Shown here in pieces: positions 1 to 10,667 of a stretch of DNA of 64,000 bases (within the stretch, counting starts at the first letter, position 1; each line of letters starts with the position of its first letter). This DNA is from a virus. Below the pieces are notes generated by a model, which saw only the letters and a list, made by a program, of their open reading frames with translations, was not told the DNA's origin and did not search any database. A program made the translations under genes and the position numbers. Location: positions 48,007 through 112,006 of the IMG/VR virus record IMGVR_UViG_3300033998_000095; one strand, 5' to 3'.

Positions 1-265
1 ATTCATCTACTTCAGTATTACCTGTAAGCACAGGATGATCCAGTTCTCCAAGCAATGTCCTTGCTTGAATAAGTGGTTGTAAGGAATTAATCGCTTTCTC
101 AACTAGATATTTAGGATACATACGTTTATTAAAATTAACATCATCAGTAGTCTGCAATACAGTTCTAATTTTAACTTTTGGCATCCTGGCACCCATATAC
201 TTTGAATCAACTACTTCAGTATATAGGTTAGTTTTATCTATACCATTATCCAAATATATATACAT
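1..265 (-). CDS. Prohead core protease (T4 gp21-like), 5' part; runs off the window
   Basis: Hand translation from ATG at 265 (RBS GGAGG at 278-282) gives MYIYLDN...VNFNKRMYP...LLGELDHP. The NxNxRxYP and GELDHP motifs are typical of gp21, and the gene lies next to the portal. Confidence 0.85.
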   Translation of the reverse strand, partial: MYIYLDNGIDKTNLYTEVVDSKYMGARMPKVKIRTVLQTTDDVNFNKRMYPKYLVEKAINSLQPLIQARTLLGELDHPVLTGNTEVDE

Positions 266-281
266 TATGTTTTTGAACCTC

Positions 282-1049
282 CTAACCAATTGTATTTAAT
301 AAAGAGTCAATATCATCATCTTGTTCTTTTGGAGAACTAGATAATTGATTATCCTTATCAGATATATTATCTTCTTCACTATTAGTTGCACTGTTATCCT
401 CATCACTCTTTTTATCATCATTATTATCATTATCCTGATTATCTTGTGATAAGGTTTCATCATCAGAATTATATTTCTTCAATATCTCTATAGCCTGTTT
501 TACAACTTCTGCAGAAAATTCCTCCAGTTTTTTATTAACTTCATCTAGATTATCTTTCTCATATATGCTATCACCAATAGTTGCAATTGTTTGTAAAACT
601 TTGTTTACATACTTTATTAAAGGAGTAAAATCAGCATCTCTTGTTTTAGTAGATGCCATATTGAGCAAATCTCTGATTCTGATTAATTGTTTAAGATTAA
701 ATAAGAATTTATCTTTGATACTCTCAGCATCTTGTTCATCTCCAGAATCTATCTCAGGAGTTTCTGGAATGTTTTGATCATTGGTGTTTAAGATATCTTC
801 TGGTGTAATATCGTTGATATTAGAATCTGGATTATCATTCTGACCAGTAATATCAGAAGGTTCATTATTTAACTCATCATCATTAATTTGTTGATCATCT
901 GTTTCATTTTGATCATCATCTTCTTCATCTAACAAATCATCTACTTCAAATAAAACATCGTTTTCAGTATAATTATCGATATCATATATCTTATTCAATA
1001 ATTCATCAATATTCTCATACTTACTATATAATATATTGTCAATAGTCAT
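282..1049 (-). CDS. Acidic prohead core/scaffold-like protein
   Basis: Very D/E/N-rich; lies between portal and protease like the T4 core genes. Confidence 0.45.
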   Translation of the reverse strand: MTIDNILYSKYENIDELLNKIYDIDNYTENDVLFEVDDLLDEEDDDQNETDDQQINDDELNNEPSDITGQNDNPDSNINDITPEDILNTNDQNIPETPEIDSGDEQDAESIKDKFLFNLKQLIRIRDLLNMASTKTRDADFTPLIKYVNKVLQTIATIGDSIYEKDNLDEVNKKLEEFSAEVVKQAIEILKKYNSDDETLSQDNQDNDNNDDKKSDEDNSATNSEEDNISDKDNQLSSSPKEQDDDIDSLLNTIG

Positions 1050-1090
1050 TTTATACTATAACCTCCATCAATATTACTTATAATATGTTA

Positions 1091-3142
1091 TTAAGGAGTC
1101 TCTGGAGCTGGTGTTTCTTCTCCTCCAAACAGATCTGATGAGAGTTCTCCACCACCCATGTCTTCTTCATTGGATTCTTCTCTTGATTTCTCCATCTGTT
1201 CTAGATAGAATTCATCAAAATCATATTCTGGTAAGAATCTCCTTAATATTTTCTCTTCAGGTACATTCATTTCTTTAAGTGAATTGTATATATCTCTAAT
1301 TTCAGTGTACATCTTTGACAATGCCTCAGTAATAATGCCTCTTGGTGGCATAAACGTTAGAGATATATTATGATAATTACTATTTAGATCATCATCATCT
1401 GAATGTACTAATATATATATTTTGTGCATTAACTCTGTAAAGTATTCAGAAAACATCTTTTGATATCTGATAACTGATCTCGCAAATAACATGCTTTCTT
1501 GTGCTAGGGTTGCTTTGGTTGAATTGAATTCTTCTATACCTAGATAAGATGGTGGAATTTCAATACCAGTTAATATATTCTTTATGAGTGTTGTATCTTC
1601 ACCCTGTCTGGTATCTGAATAGGATCCCATATCAAGTGTATCCATTTCAACATATCTTTTTCCATCTTTAGCAGGTAAATAATAATCTTCAAATGTAGAC
1701 ACAATAGAAGGAATAGTTTCTATATCATTTAAATCAGATACCTTTACTTCTCTACTCTTAACTGCTCTTTTAACATTTTCTATTCTACTAGATGCATCTC
1801 TAGTACCTGAAACATCTACAGTAAATATCATATGCTTTCCTGCTCTAGAAAGCATATATATCGTAGATGATACTAATCTAGCAAGATACAGTCTAAATAT
1901 AAACTCAAGATCTGCAAATATAGACTCTCCATATACTTCATCTTTAAGACTTATATTCTTAAAATGAATCATATTGCTTTCAGGCACATATCTTACATTG
2001 ACAGATTTAATAGAACTAATTTTATTATAACCTTTTATAATATTAATTAAAACATCCTTTATATCATCAGATAATGAATTTACATCAATTTGTTTGAGAT
2101 ATGAAGAAATAACAGCATACACTTTGTTTATAATAGTATTAAATGCCTCTTTTTCAGAGTCCATCTGCATCTTAGAAAAGGATCCTACATTACCCATTCT
2201 TGGACCTGCTGCTTCTTGAGCACTTGTTTCACTATCAATGACTAAATAACCAAGGCATATATTATAACGTTGTATCTTAATTACATTATGTGGTTGATGA
2301 AATATTAACGAAACATCATCATATGTTATATCATCTTTATTATTTTTTGCATCATCTTTATTTGATTCATCTTCAGTGATAAGATAATCTTCTGTGATGT
2401 TATCATCATTTTTATATTCTCTTAATTCCTTTGATACTAAATCATTTTCTATTAAATTATGTCTGCGAATATGCTTTATATCCTCTGTTTCTAATAACTT
2501 GACTGATATCTGTTTATCTTTAAATAACTTATTATTTATTTCAGATAGATTGATCTTTTCCTCTCTTATGACACCACCAAACACATTCTCCATTTCACGC
2601 TGTCTGGTAGTTAATTCAACAAAGAAATCACCAAATAATAAAGTATTCTGAATAATATAATCAGCTTTCTTATCTATAGCTAATACTTTCATAGCATTTC
2701 TAAATTCTTGTTTAAGAAGATCTATTTCAGTCTCTATACCTTCAATATCATCCAACTCAGATATTACATTCAAAGATCGTTTATTAATATCATCAGGTGA
2801 AAGAATATTATCAGCCCATATACGTAAAGCTTTTCCTAATATTGGTATTCTATCTTTAACAGCAAGTATATTCTTATAACTATCTAATCTTTTCTTAGAT
2901 GGTGTAAATTGAGAATATCCAGCATTAAATGAACTCAATACATTGTCTATAACATCTGATTCTTTTCCATTGTTAGATTTATTAACAACAGCATTAACCA
3001 AATCAATCCAATCTTTTTTCCTATAGGGACTTAATAAATCAGCACTATTAACATCATCTAGATGACGTTCGAAGTCAATAGTTAGATCTCCACTTTTGTT
3101 AATACTATATAGTAAATTTCTAAATGTATCTTTAATAGACAA
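1091..3142 (-). CDS. Portal vertex protein (T4 gp20-like)
   Basis: 683 aa; FGDFFVE, YGESIF, EDYYLP and GIEIPPSYLG motifs; acidic tail; head-gene context. Confidence 0.85.
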   Translation of the reverse strand: MSIKDTFRNLLYSINKSGDLTIDFERHLDDVNSADLLSPYRKKDWIDLVNAVVNKSNNGKESDVIDNVLSSFNAGYSQFTPSKKRLDSYKNILAVKDRIPILGKALRIWADNILSPDDINKRSLNVISELDDIEGIETEIDLLKQEFRNAMKVLAIDKKADYIIQNTLLFGDFFVELTTRQREMENVFGGVIREEKINLSEINNKLFKDKQISVKLLETEDIKHIRRHNLIENDLVSKELREYKNDDNITEDYLITEDESNKDDAKNNKDDITYDDVSLIFHQPHNVIKIQRYNICLGYLVIDSETSAQEAAGPRMGNVGSFSKMQMDSEKEAFNTIINKVYAVISSYLKQIDVNSLSDDIKDVLINIIKGYNKISSIKSVNVRYVPESNMIHFKNISLKDEVYGESIFADLEFIFRLYLARLVSSTIYMLSRAGKHMIFTVDVSGTRDASSRIENVKRAVKSREVKVSDLNDIETIPSIVSTFEDYYLPAKDGKRYVEMDTLDMGSYSDTRQGEDTTLIKNILTGIEIPPSYLGIEEFNSTKATLAQESMLFARSVIRYQKMFSEYFTELMHKIYILVHSDDDDLNSNYHNISLTFMPPRGIITEALSKMYTEIRDIYNSLKEMNVPEEKILRRFLPEYDFDEFYLEQMEKSREESNEEDMGGGELSSDLFGGEETPAPETP

Positions 3143-3174
3143 TTAATAATACACCTCTCAGTGTGAAATCAATC

Positions 3175-3549
3175 TTATCTAATAACGTTATAAATCATAT
3201 TCAAATGTCTATATATTTCTCTAGATATAAAATCAAAGTATTGATCCTTGGTCATAAATACCAAGGATTCTCTTTGTAATTTTCTAGGTATATTTTTCAC
3301 AATATATGCAAATGCTTCTTTGTATATCATAAAGTATTCTTCAGTATTTAAATCCAAATTATTAACAAGTGCATCATGTACACCTTTTTCTTGCATGAAA
3401 AAATCTATCAATGATGATATTGTATCTGAAAGCATAAAAAGAGTATTTCTCATTGATTTAATTCTATTTCGCTCTCTTATTGATGACAATAATCTAGACA
3501 ACATGAATGTTAAGTATAATAACATAAAAATTATAATATATTTTATCAT
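3175..3549 (-). CDS. Hypothetical protein with N-terminal TM helix
   Basis: ORF with RBS (GAGGAG) and hydrophobic N-terminus. Confidence 0.6.
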   Translation of the reverse strand: MIKYIIIFMLLYLTFMLSRLLSSIRERNRIKSMRNTLFMLSDTISSLIDFFMQEKGVHDALVNNLDLNTEEYFMIYKEAFAYIVKNIPRKLQRESLVFMTKDQYFDFISREIYRHLNMIYNVIR

Positions 3550-3600
3550 TTATGAAAAACTCCTCTCTCTTATTATCATAATCAATCGAGTTGCAATGAT

Positions 3601-3736
3601 GTGAACTACCCCCACCTATAGAGGTGGTGGCTTCGTGGTCAATGCTCCCATCGGAGCAAGATTACCCACGCTCAAAGGGCTGTTCCTTCCCCAGCTTTAC
3701 CAATTACATGGCTAATTTTAGCAGGTTCTTTGATGC
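3601..3736 (-). ncRNA. TnpB-type omegaRNA (reRNA) scaffold
   Basis: GGGGAAGGAACAGCCCTTTGAGCGTGGGTAATC...GACCACGAAGCCACCACCTCTATAGGTGGGGGTAGTTCAC, a typical TnpB right-end RNA. Confidence 0.65.
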
Positions 3737-3794
3737 AGTCAAGCGACATTCATCACCCACTTATAGAAGTGGGCGACTTCTGTCGTTAATTAGG
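3601..3794 (-). mobile_element. Non-autonomous IS200/IS605 MITE (internally deleted TnpB element)
   Basis: Both subterminal hairpins resemble those of the IscB elements. Minus strand has the last tnpB-like codons (ASKNLLKLAM*, 3704-3736) and the right end ...GGTGGGGGTAGTTCAC. TTAA lies at the other end. Confidence 0.8.
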
Positions 3795-3850
3795 TTAATT
3801 TGACATTGCAACTCGATTGATTACAAATGAGAATATTTTATTTTGTTTTA

Positions 3851-4159
3851 CTATTCATTTTCAGAACATTCATCATCAGAATAGTCTTCAGCCCCACCTC
3901 TTACATGTTTCTTAGTGGTAGCATAGAAAAACACAAGATCTTTCTTATTAAGTAATAAGACGTCTTGCTCTCTGGTTGGTATATCAAGCAACACAAAATC
4001 AGTTTGACTCTCTGCTATCTTTTCAGCTATACGATGAATGTCTTGTTTGGTAACATTCTCTGCAGTGAGAACTGATTTGGTGTTATTAATATACCCAAAT
4101 ACCAGCCTAATAGAACACGTTTTTTCCTTAACCTGATTTTCCATAATTATACCCTCCAA
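3851..4159 (-). CDS. Hypothetical protein (likely start at ATG ~4144)
   Basis: ORF with GGAGG RBS and an upstream TTGATT-17-TATAAT promoter. Confidence 0.6.
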   Translation of the reverse strand: MEGIIMENQVKEKTCSIRLVFGYINNTKSVLTAENVTKQDIHRIAEKIAESQTDFVLLDIPTREQDVLLLNKKDLVFFYATTKKHVRGGAEDYSDDECSENE

Positions 4160-4233
4160 TATTCTTAGAATGATTTTATCTTTTCTTTTTGATTATAAAT
4201 GACATTTTGTGAAAAATCAAGTAGTTAATAAAA

Positions 4234-4458
4234 CTACTTTCCAATTTCTTCACTTTCTGGTTGTAATGATTTAGATTTCTTACCAGTGCTTTCTTGAGTA
4301 TTATCTATAATCTCATATTGTACTCCTTGCACATCCAAAAGCAATAGCTGGTGTTCATATAATTCAACAATAGCTGGAGTTCTAAGGGAGTTAAATCCAA
4401 ATGCATTTAATGTGCCAGGAGATTTTATATTGACAAGTACCTTCTTTCTAGTATACAT
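4234..4458 (-). CDS. Hypothetical protein
   Basis: ORF with AAGGAG RBS. Confidence 0.55.
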   Translation of the reverse strand: MYTRKKVLVNIKSPGTLNAFGFNSLRTPAIVELYEHQLLLLDVQGVQYEIIDNTQESTGKKSKSLQPESEEIGK

Positions 4459-4497
4459 GGCTGTAATCTCCTTTTATATAATGATGAACAAACAATA

Positions 4498-5946
4498 TTA
4501 CTTATTATCATTTGCAAGTTTACGCAAGACCATAGCTGGATCAAATTCTTCATATGTGCTATAGATGCTCAATAATCCAGAAGATTCTCTAAACTTAAGA
4601 TTACCTTCCTGCGATTCAGCTTCCTTCCAAGGTATAAGCATACCAAGCTGTTCGAGATATTTCTCCAGCTTTTGCCTCACTTCTTTAACTACATTTTCAT
4701 TAACCTTTAAAGCTTTAAGGGTAGCATCATTAGCAAATACATCAGTTAAGGTTTTAATAGCACCAGGTATTGCATAAAGTTTTCCATCAATAATATCTGC
4801 TATGGGATACTGATATGCATCTATATCATTTTCCTTACCAGGTTCAACATATAGATGGGCTTGTTTTATTAATTCAAAATTTACAGTATCAGTCTTAACT
4901 GCAGCTTCAAGTATTCTCTTACTAGAATTGACAGGAGACCAAGTAGCATTAACAGCAATTGGAAGTGGAACATAAGATTCAGTCTGTTTTTCTGGAGTTT
5001 CTGCTTCTTTATCTGGTGCTTTTTTATTTACTTCTGCTTCTTTTTTCTTACATTTTGCCTCTTCAGGCATCTCATCACTTACATCTTCTAGTTTGTCAAT
5101 ATCTCTTAATACAGTATCCAAATCAGCATCTTCTGCTTCAGTTGTTTTTACCATATCTTTATCATTTTTCATTTCAGCATCAGGATCTTCAAAATTCTTT
5201 GCTACTTTTTCCATAGCTTTATCTACACTAGTTTTTGCTGCTTCAACCTGATTTATGAAATGCTCTACAGTAGAAAGTGTTTTATCAAGATCAAATTCAT
5301 CTTCAGATCCAGCTTCTGGTTCTAACTCAGCCTCAGGCTCAGTTTCCTGTTCTGGTTCCACTTCTTCAGGCTCTTCTGCTGGTTCTTCTTGAGGTTCCTC
5401 TAAAGATACAATTTTATCTAGAAACTCACTTATAATAGACATAAGTATATCTATATCATTGTCCTCATATACATCTACATCAGATGCATCTGCAGGCTCT
5501 TCAACAGATACTACAGATTGAACTACATCATTCTCATCATCTACAGGAGTATCAACTGTAGAAGCAACAACAACAGGTTCTTCCTCATCTTCCTGTTCTT
5601 TTAAAGCTGTAAGTAAATTACGTAGTTCAGTAACATCATCAGATTTCTTGCTTACTGACTCTTTGATAGCGTTGTCAACTTGTTTAGCACTCTTTTTAGG
5701 TTTAGACTCAGCAACAGAGACCATCTTCTGAGAAACTATATCCTCAACCATAGCATTAAGTTTCTCAGCTTCCTTTGTTAACTTTGCTTTAAGATCAGCA
5801 GTAATATCAACAGGAACTATATTACTCTTTTCAAGATCCTTAATAATCCTACTAGAAAACAATTCACTTGCAATATCATTCATTGCAGGTTCCTTTGAAA
5901 ACTCCATTTCTTGAACCATTTTATTCTTCTTCTTCTCGTTTGTCAT
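4498..5946 (-). CDS. Prohead scaffold/core-like protein with C-terminal head-associated domain
   Basis: Acidic low-complexity centre (EPEE repeats). C-terminal LPIA...W...YQYPIADIIDGKLYAIP...PW domain, recalled from phage head-maturation proteins. Confidence 0.55.
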   Translation of the reverse strand: MTNEKKKNKMVQEMEFSKEPAMNDIASELFSSRIIKDLEKSNIVPVDITADLKAKLTKEAEKLNAMVEDIVSQKMVSVAESKPKKSAKQVDNAIKESVSKKSDDVTELRNLLTALKEQEDEEEPVVVASTVDTPVDDENDVVQSVVSVEEPADASDVDVYEDNDIDILMSIISEFLDKIVSLEEPQEEPAEEPEEVEPEQETEPEAELEPEAGSEDEFDLDKTLSTVEHFINQVEAAKTSVDKAMEKVAKNFEDPDAEMKNDKDMVKTTEAEDADLDTVLRDIDKLEDVSDEMPEEAKCKKKEAEVNKKAPDKEAETPEKQTESYVPLPIAVNATWSPVNSSKRILEAAVKTDTVNFELIKQAHLYVEPGKENDIDAYQYPIADIIDGKLYAIPGAIKTLTDVFANDATLKALKVNENVVKEVRQKLEKYLEQLGMLIPWKEAESQEGNLKFRESSGLLSIYSTYEEFDPAMVLRKLANDNK

Positions 5947-5981
5947 TTTTAAATGACCTCCTATTTTAATATTTTCTTATT

Positions 5982-6869
5982 TTATGAAACAAGAGCAGAT
6001 GTTGCTCCTGATCCCAATAGTGCTAAAATTGAAGATATTGATAATATTATACCAACTGGTTTAAACAATGCTTTAAGATACATAAGTTTCTCATTAAGTT
6101 CTTCACTTAATCTATAAGCTATAACTGCCTTAAGAAATAAAACAAATAAACCACCCATGATTATATTAAGACTAGCTTGCTCATTAACAGTGTCTTCTTT
6201 AACAATAGTAAATGATATATTAGGTACTTCTGGTACTGGAGGAGTTAATTCTTCAGGAAGTGGTTCTGGTTCTTTTCCTAGTAGATTATTGTATATTTCT
6301 TTTGCATAATTTTTAATTTTACCCAACCAACTCTCTTTATCCTTAACATTGATAGATGTTAATTTTTCATTAGCTCTATTTAACCATATTGAAAGTGCTA
6401 TCATTATAACACAAGCAGTCAATCCTCCAGTTAATCCAGCAAGCGATAAAGAAATTCCTGTTACTAATCCACCTACTGCTAATCTATCTACTATACCACT
6501 TTTAGATAATTTATCACCAATATATCTACCTACACTTTTAATAATATTATAAGCTAAATTAAGAGCAGCTTTGGCTGATTTTAAAATTAAAGTAAGAATT
6601 GACTTAAACCATTCTTTGTCTACTACATTTTCTATTTCTGCACCAACATGAGCATGTTTAATATATTCCTTTATTATGTTCTTAGGATTTTCAAGAACAT
6701 TAGTAACTATTTTTTTACTGCTTGGGTATTTGTTTACAACATCATTTACAAATTCCTTAAAATTAGGAAGATCTACATTTAAGTATTTGCCTTTTTGTTT
6801 GGCATTCAATTCTACCTGTTGCATAATACGACTGCGTTCTCTTTTATCTGGTAGTGACATTTTTATCAA
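5982..6869 (-). CDS. Hydrophobic multi-helix protein, possible internal virion/ejection protein
   Basis: Several Gly-rich hydrophobic segments; head-region location. Confidence 0.4.
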   Translation of the reverse strand: MIKMSLPDKRERSRIMQQVELNAKQKGKYLNVDLPNFKEFVNDVVNKYPSSKKIVTNVLENPKNIIKEYIKHAHVGAEIENVVDKEWFKSILTLILKSAKAALNLAYNIIKSVGRYIGDKLSKSGIVDRLAVGGLVTGISLSLAGLTGGLTACVIMIALSIWLNRANEKLTSINVKDKESWLGKIKNYAKEIYNNLLGKEPEPLPEELTPPVPEVPNISFTIVKEDTVNEQASLNIIMGGLFVLFLKAVIAYRLSEELNEKLMYLKALFKPVGIILSISSILALLGSGATSALVS

Positions 6870-7068
6870 TGATTCCTCCCCTTTTCATTATATCAAAATA
6901 ATAATCAGTATTGTAATTCATATTTGGTTATGATATAGTTTATTTAATTATATCATATTGTATCATTTATTTGTTACGATTTCTTTTAGAATATGGAACA
7001 AATAATTGAATGAATGGGAACGAAATATAACCCAAAATAACAATAAATAATATAGGGGGTAATAAATA

Positions 7069-7842
7069 ATGGAAATGCAGGAAAGATTTTATGGAAATTT
7101 GGATAAGATACTTGTTGATGTAAAATCAGGAGATCTAGAAAAAATGCTCCAATGGATGAAAGAGTTTGGATTGACTACATTTGCTGCTATATCAGGTTTT
7201 CTAACAAGCATAATTAGTTCTTTAAAAGATATAGCAAGTAAAGGATTGGATACTATAAGTGGCGTCATCCCTGTGGATCAAATACCTAAAGGAATAGCAA
7301 CATTCTTTCAAAATGCATATGCTAGTCTTATGCAGGTACTAAGTAATGTAGTATCTCATCTAACTGGTGCTGCTAAAGCAATAGCTACAAACGTACCAGC
7401 TACTGTAACTGTTGGTGCTGTAACTATATCAACTGCTCATCTTATCCTTGGTGGTGTTGCAGCTTCTGTAGTATTGCTAGCATTGTTTAAACTATTTAAT
7501 AATCTTAAGGCACAGCCATCTGAAAATACGTTTAGTGATGCTATGGATATATTTAATGAGATGCCTCTATTTGCAGAGAGTATTAGCAAACATCTATCTG
7601 AAGAAAATGGAGAACCATCCAAGATGGGTAAAGTTATTTCTACCATCCTTAATAAAGGTAAACAAATAGCAGATAAAGTTGTAGATATGCTCTCTTCTGG
7701 TGTAGATAAGTTGGAAGGTGCAGCAAAAGTACTGCTCAGTTCCAAAGCAGTGCGTATCTTGTTAGGAGTATGTGTTCTGTTGATTTCTGTTGGTTTTATG
7801 CTATTATTTAGTGATCAGGTCCAGAATTTAACTGCTGTCTAA
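7069..7842 (+). CDS. Hydrophobic Ala/Gly-rich protein, possible internal virion/membrane protein
   Basis: RBS GGGGGT; amphipathic helices plus 2 TM-like segments; own terminator. Confidence 0.45.
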   Translation: MEMQERFYGNLDKILVDVKSGDLEKMLQWMKEFGLTTFAAISGFLTSIISSLKDIASKGLDTISGVIPVDQIPKGIATFFQNAYASLMQVLSNVVSHLTGAAKAIATNVPATVTVGAVTISTAHLILGGVAASVVLLALFKLFNNLKAQPSENTFSDAMDIFNEMPLFAESISKHLSEENGEPSKMGKVISTILNKGKQIADKVVDMLSSGVDKLEGAAKVLLSSKAVRILLGVCVLLISVGFMLLFSDQVQNLTAV

Positions 7843-7867
7843 ATTACTGTAAGAAGTAACAAAAAAT

Positions 7868-7902
7868 AATATAGCACTCAGGAAATACCTGAGTGCTATA
7901 TT
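7868..7902. terminator. Bidirectional hairpin terminator
   Basis: 15-bp stem AATATAGCACTCAGG/CCTGAGTGCTATATT between convergent genes. Confidence 0.8.
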
Positions 7903-7910
7903 TATTTGTT

Positions 7911-9644
7911 TTATATTAAAGTATCTATATCAACTTTCCATAAATCCTCTGTTTCCTCTTCATCAGTTGTGACTACTTCTTGCTCTTCTTCATTAATATC
8001 TTGAGTATTAACTGAAACTTTATACTTAGCTAATTTAACTGTGCTAGGATCTTCATCGAATATGATACTAATCCTCTCTGGAATATCAAACATTCTACAA
8101 ACAGTATAATCAATCCTCATTAAAAATCTTATATTGCTAGGACCATCTCTATTTTTATCTATAATACCCCAAACTTCTTTATAGTTCTTATAGTTATCTG
8201 TATTGTTTAATATATCATCCACATCTAATGTATTATAATCAATTACAGTTTCTTCAACTTTAGAGAAATCAAATAGAACTAATACATCAGCATTTTCTCT
8301 CTTCCTAATAGAGCCAGCTATTTTATCTCCTTTTATGTTTTCACCATATCCACTTCTATTTACCTGTGTAACAGTTACAACAGGGATATTAAATTCAACA
8401 CTCATGGCTTTTAAATCATCTACAATCTTTCCTAGATCTATCCATTCTTGTCCAGTCTTACTCTCTGTGGTTGCTGCCAATTTATCAGCATAATCTATAA
8501 ATACTATCTTTATTTTAGTACCATATGTGCGTTCAATATCATTTATTAATGACATAATATCAAAAGTATTAATTGATCCAGGTGATCTCCATACTATGAA
8601 TATTTCAGTACTATTTGGCTTGACAAATACCTGATCATATTTTTCTTTCACATAATTATAGTTGTTTAATCTATAAGATGATTCAAATTCATGTTTGGCT
8701 ATTCCAGTGGCACAACTTACAAATCTTGCCTGTGTTTCCTCTTTACCATTTTCTAATGTTAAATACAATACACCCCATTTTTCTGATTCAGGTATATTGT
8801 CCAACTTTCTTCTTTCATCAAGAGATATCTTAGCAGTGTAAGCTAAATTAATTAATACTAGAGATTTACCTCCACCAGAAATACCTCCCATAATGTAAAC
8901 CCTTCCATTTTCAAAGCCACCATTAAAAGCATAATCAAATACTTTGTATCTAGTGGGTATATGCTCTTTATTAAGTTCTTGGAGAATATAATCTTCAAAA
9001 TTAGAAGTAGAAAGACTTAGAATATCTCCTCTTGATAATTCACTTATTTTAGTTTTGACTACAGTCTCATCTATAATCTTATTAAAGATGCTCATATATT
9101 CATCTAAATCTTTACATGTCTTGTAATCTTTAATGATGAAATTCATTAGCACTTGATGTTGTTCAAATATATTAAATAAACATTTCCTATATGTAAATTT
9201 CTCTTCAATAAGATTAATGACATCCATGGAAAGAACATCTTGAGCTACACAATATCTGGAAAGAATTTCGTTTTGAATAGATGCTAATCTTGAATCTGAT
9301 TGGAGTATCTTTTTGAAATCCTCTAAACATATATCTCCATCTATATACTTCTTTCTACTATCTATGCATTTATCAAGGATATTGACTGTAGCTGAAGCTA
9401 TATCATCAAAAGCCAAAAATTTAATATTATATTCCTTTTCCTTTGATTTAATCATATTGATAAAGGTCTTGAATTCTTTGGCCAAAAGGGAAGCTATCTC
9501 CATAACATCTTTATCTGGTTTCTTACCAAAAGCACATCTAGTATAATATGCTACAAACTCATTACCCATAAATACTTTATCTGTTTCTATTATTCTTTTC
9601 AGTTCTTGAAACAACATATCTGGTGATATATTATCAGTAATCAT
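7911..9644 (-). CDS. Replicative DnaB-family helicase (T4 gp41-like)
   Basis: Walker A GISGGGKS, LTLEN, IDYAD, TVTQVNR and DKNRDG motifs. Confidence 0.92.
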   Translation of the reverse strand: MITDNISPDMLFQELKRIIETDKVFMGNEFVAYYTRCAFGKKPDKDVMEIASLLAKEFKTFINMIKSKEKEYNIKFLAFDDIASATVNILDKCIDSRKKYIDGDICLEDFKKILQSDSRLASIQNEILSRYCVAQDVLSMDVINLIEEKFTYRKCLFNIFEQHQVLMNFIIKDYKTCKDLDEYMSIFNKIIDETVVKTKISELSRGDILSLSTSNFEDYILQELNKEHIPTRYKVFDYAFNGGFENGRVYIMGGISGGGKSLVLINLAYTAKISLDERRKLDNIPESEKWGVLYLTLENGKEETQARFVSCATGIAKHEFESSYRLNNYNYVKEKYDQVFVKPNSTEIFIVWRSPGSINTFDIMSLINDIERTYGTKIKIVFIDYADKLAATTESKTGQEWIDLGKIVDDLKAMSVEFNIPVVTVTQVNRSGYGENIKGDKIAGSIRKRENADVLVLFDFSKVEETVIDYNTLDVDDILNNTDNYKNYKEVWGIIDKNRDGPSNIRFLMRIDYTVCRMFDIPERISIIFDEDPSTVKLAKYKVSVNTQDINEEEQEVVTTDEEETEDLWKVDIDTLI

Positions 9645-9677
9645 AATATAAAAATACCTCCCTTTTATTTATCTTTC

Positions 9678-10667
9678 TTACCAAGTTAAATTATCCATAT
9701 GATCAATATTAATTCCAAATATATCTATAATTGGTTCTAGTCTCTTATAAATTGCAATATCAAGCATGGCATCTATATCTGGATAAAAAATAGAGGTATC
9801 TAAATTAACTCCTTCAGGTACTGTAATAACATCAATCTGATCGTTTTTAATTAGCAAACCCTCAACACGCATTTGCTTTAATTTCTTATCATAATCTTTG
9901 ATCTTGCTACCATCTACTTTACTTATAGTAAATGTATATCCTCTATCTCCTTCATAAAAGGTAGGACCATATATGACATTGTATATTTTCATGCCTCTTA
10001 TAGTCTTTGTCAATACTTTATATTCTCTAGCACCCCATCCACCAGGAACTCCTAAAGTATAATCACCAGCCATAAGTCTGGTTTTATATTCATCTATATA
10101 TTTGTCTATTAGATTTAAAATTTGAAAAGAGCTGTATTCTTCTCTTAATATCTTATCTATAACATCTTGTAACATCTGTTTAGTAAACCTTGGGAAATCT
10201 GCTCTAACCACCTCCATACCAGTGATACTTAGATTATCTATTTTCTTTCCTTCTTTGTTGATGATCCATAATGCATACTTCTTCTTTGCATCTAAGAACA
10301 TAGCTCTCTTAATAACTAATTCCTCTTTAAATGTAAAGTTATATTTAGTGGCAAGCTCAGAATCACCAGCATTATGCCTTTTAAGCATTTCAGGAATGAT
10401 ATATTTATTAATATATTCAGAACAATTTCTAACAATCTTTAAAGTGGTTTCTGTCTTTTCATCTTCACTTATTGAATCATATTTATCACCATATAATGAC
10501 TTGAGCACTGGTTCAATAAAGAGAAACATTGAGTCAGTATTATGTACTAAAATGTCATTAGCAAAAAACATATGGTTATTATCAACTTCAATATCATATA
10601 CATACTCTGGTACATTATTTTCAATTTTCTCAACAGATGCTATTCTTTCCTTTACTATAGGCATCAT
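9678..10667 (-). CDS. Family B DNA polymerase, C-terminal fragment preceded by a split-intein C part
   Basis: YVYDIEV..NHMFFANDILVHN|TDSMF, then KKKYA and ITGMEVVRAD PolB motifs; own RBS GGGGGT. Confidence 0.95.
   Translation of the reverse strand: MMPIVKERIASVEKIENNVPEYVYDIEVDNNHMFFANDILVHNTDSMFLFIEPVLKSLYGDKYDSISEDEKTETTLKIVRNCSEYINKYIIPEMLKRHNAGDSELATKYNFTFKEELVIKRAMFLDAKKKYALWIINKEGKKIDNLSITGMEVVRADFPRFTKQMLQDVIDKILREEYSSFQILNLIDKYIDEYKTRLMAGDYTLGVPGGWGAREYKVLTKTIRGMKIYNVIYGPTFYEGDRGYTFTISKVDGSKIKDYDKKLKQMRVEGLLIKNDQIDVITVPEGVNLDTSIFYPDIDAMLDIAIYKRLEPIIDIFGINIDHMDNLTW
10539..10667 (-). other. Split intein C fragment (43 aa, blocks F/G, ends His-Asn, +1 Thr)
   Basis: VYDIEV and FFANDILVHN motifs. 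Confidence 0.95.
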
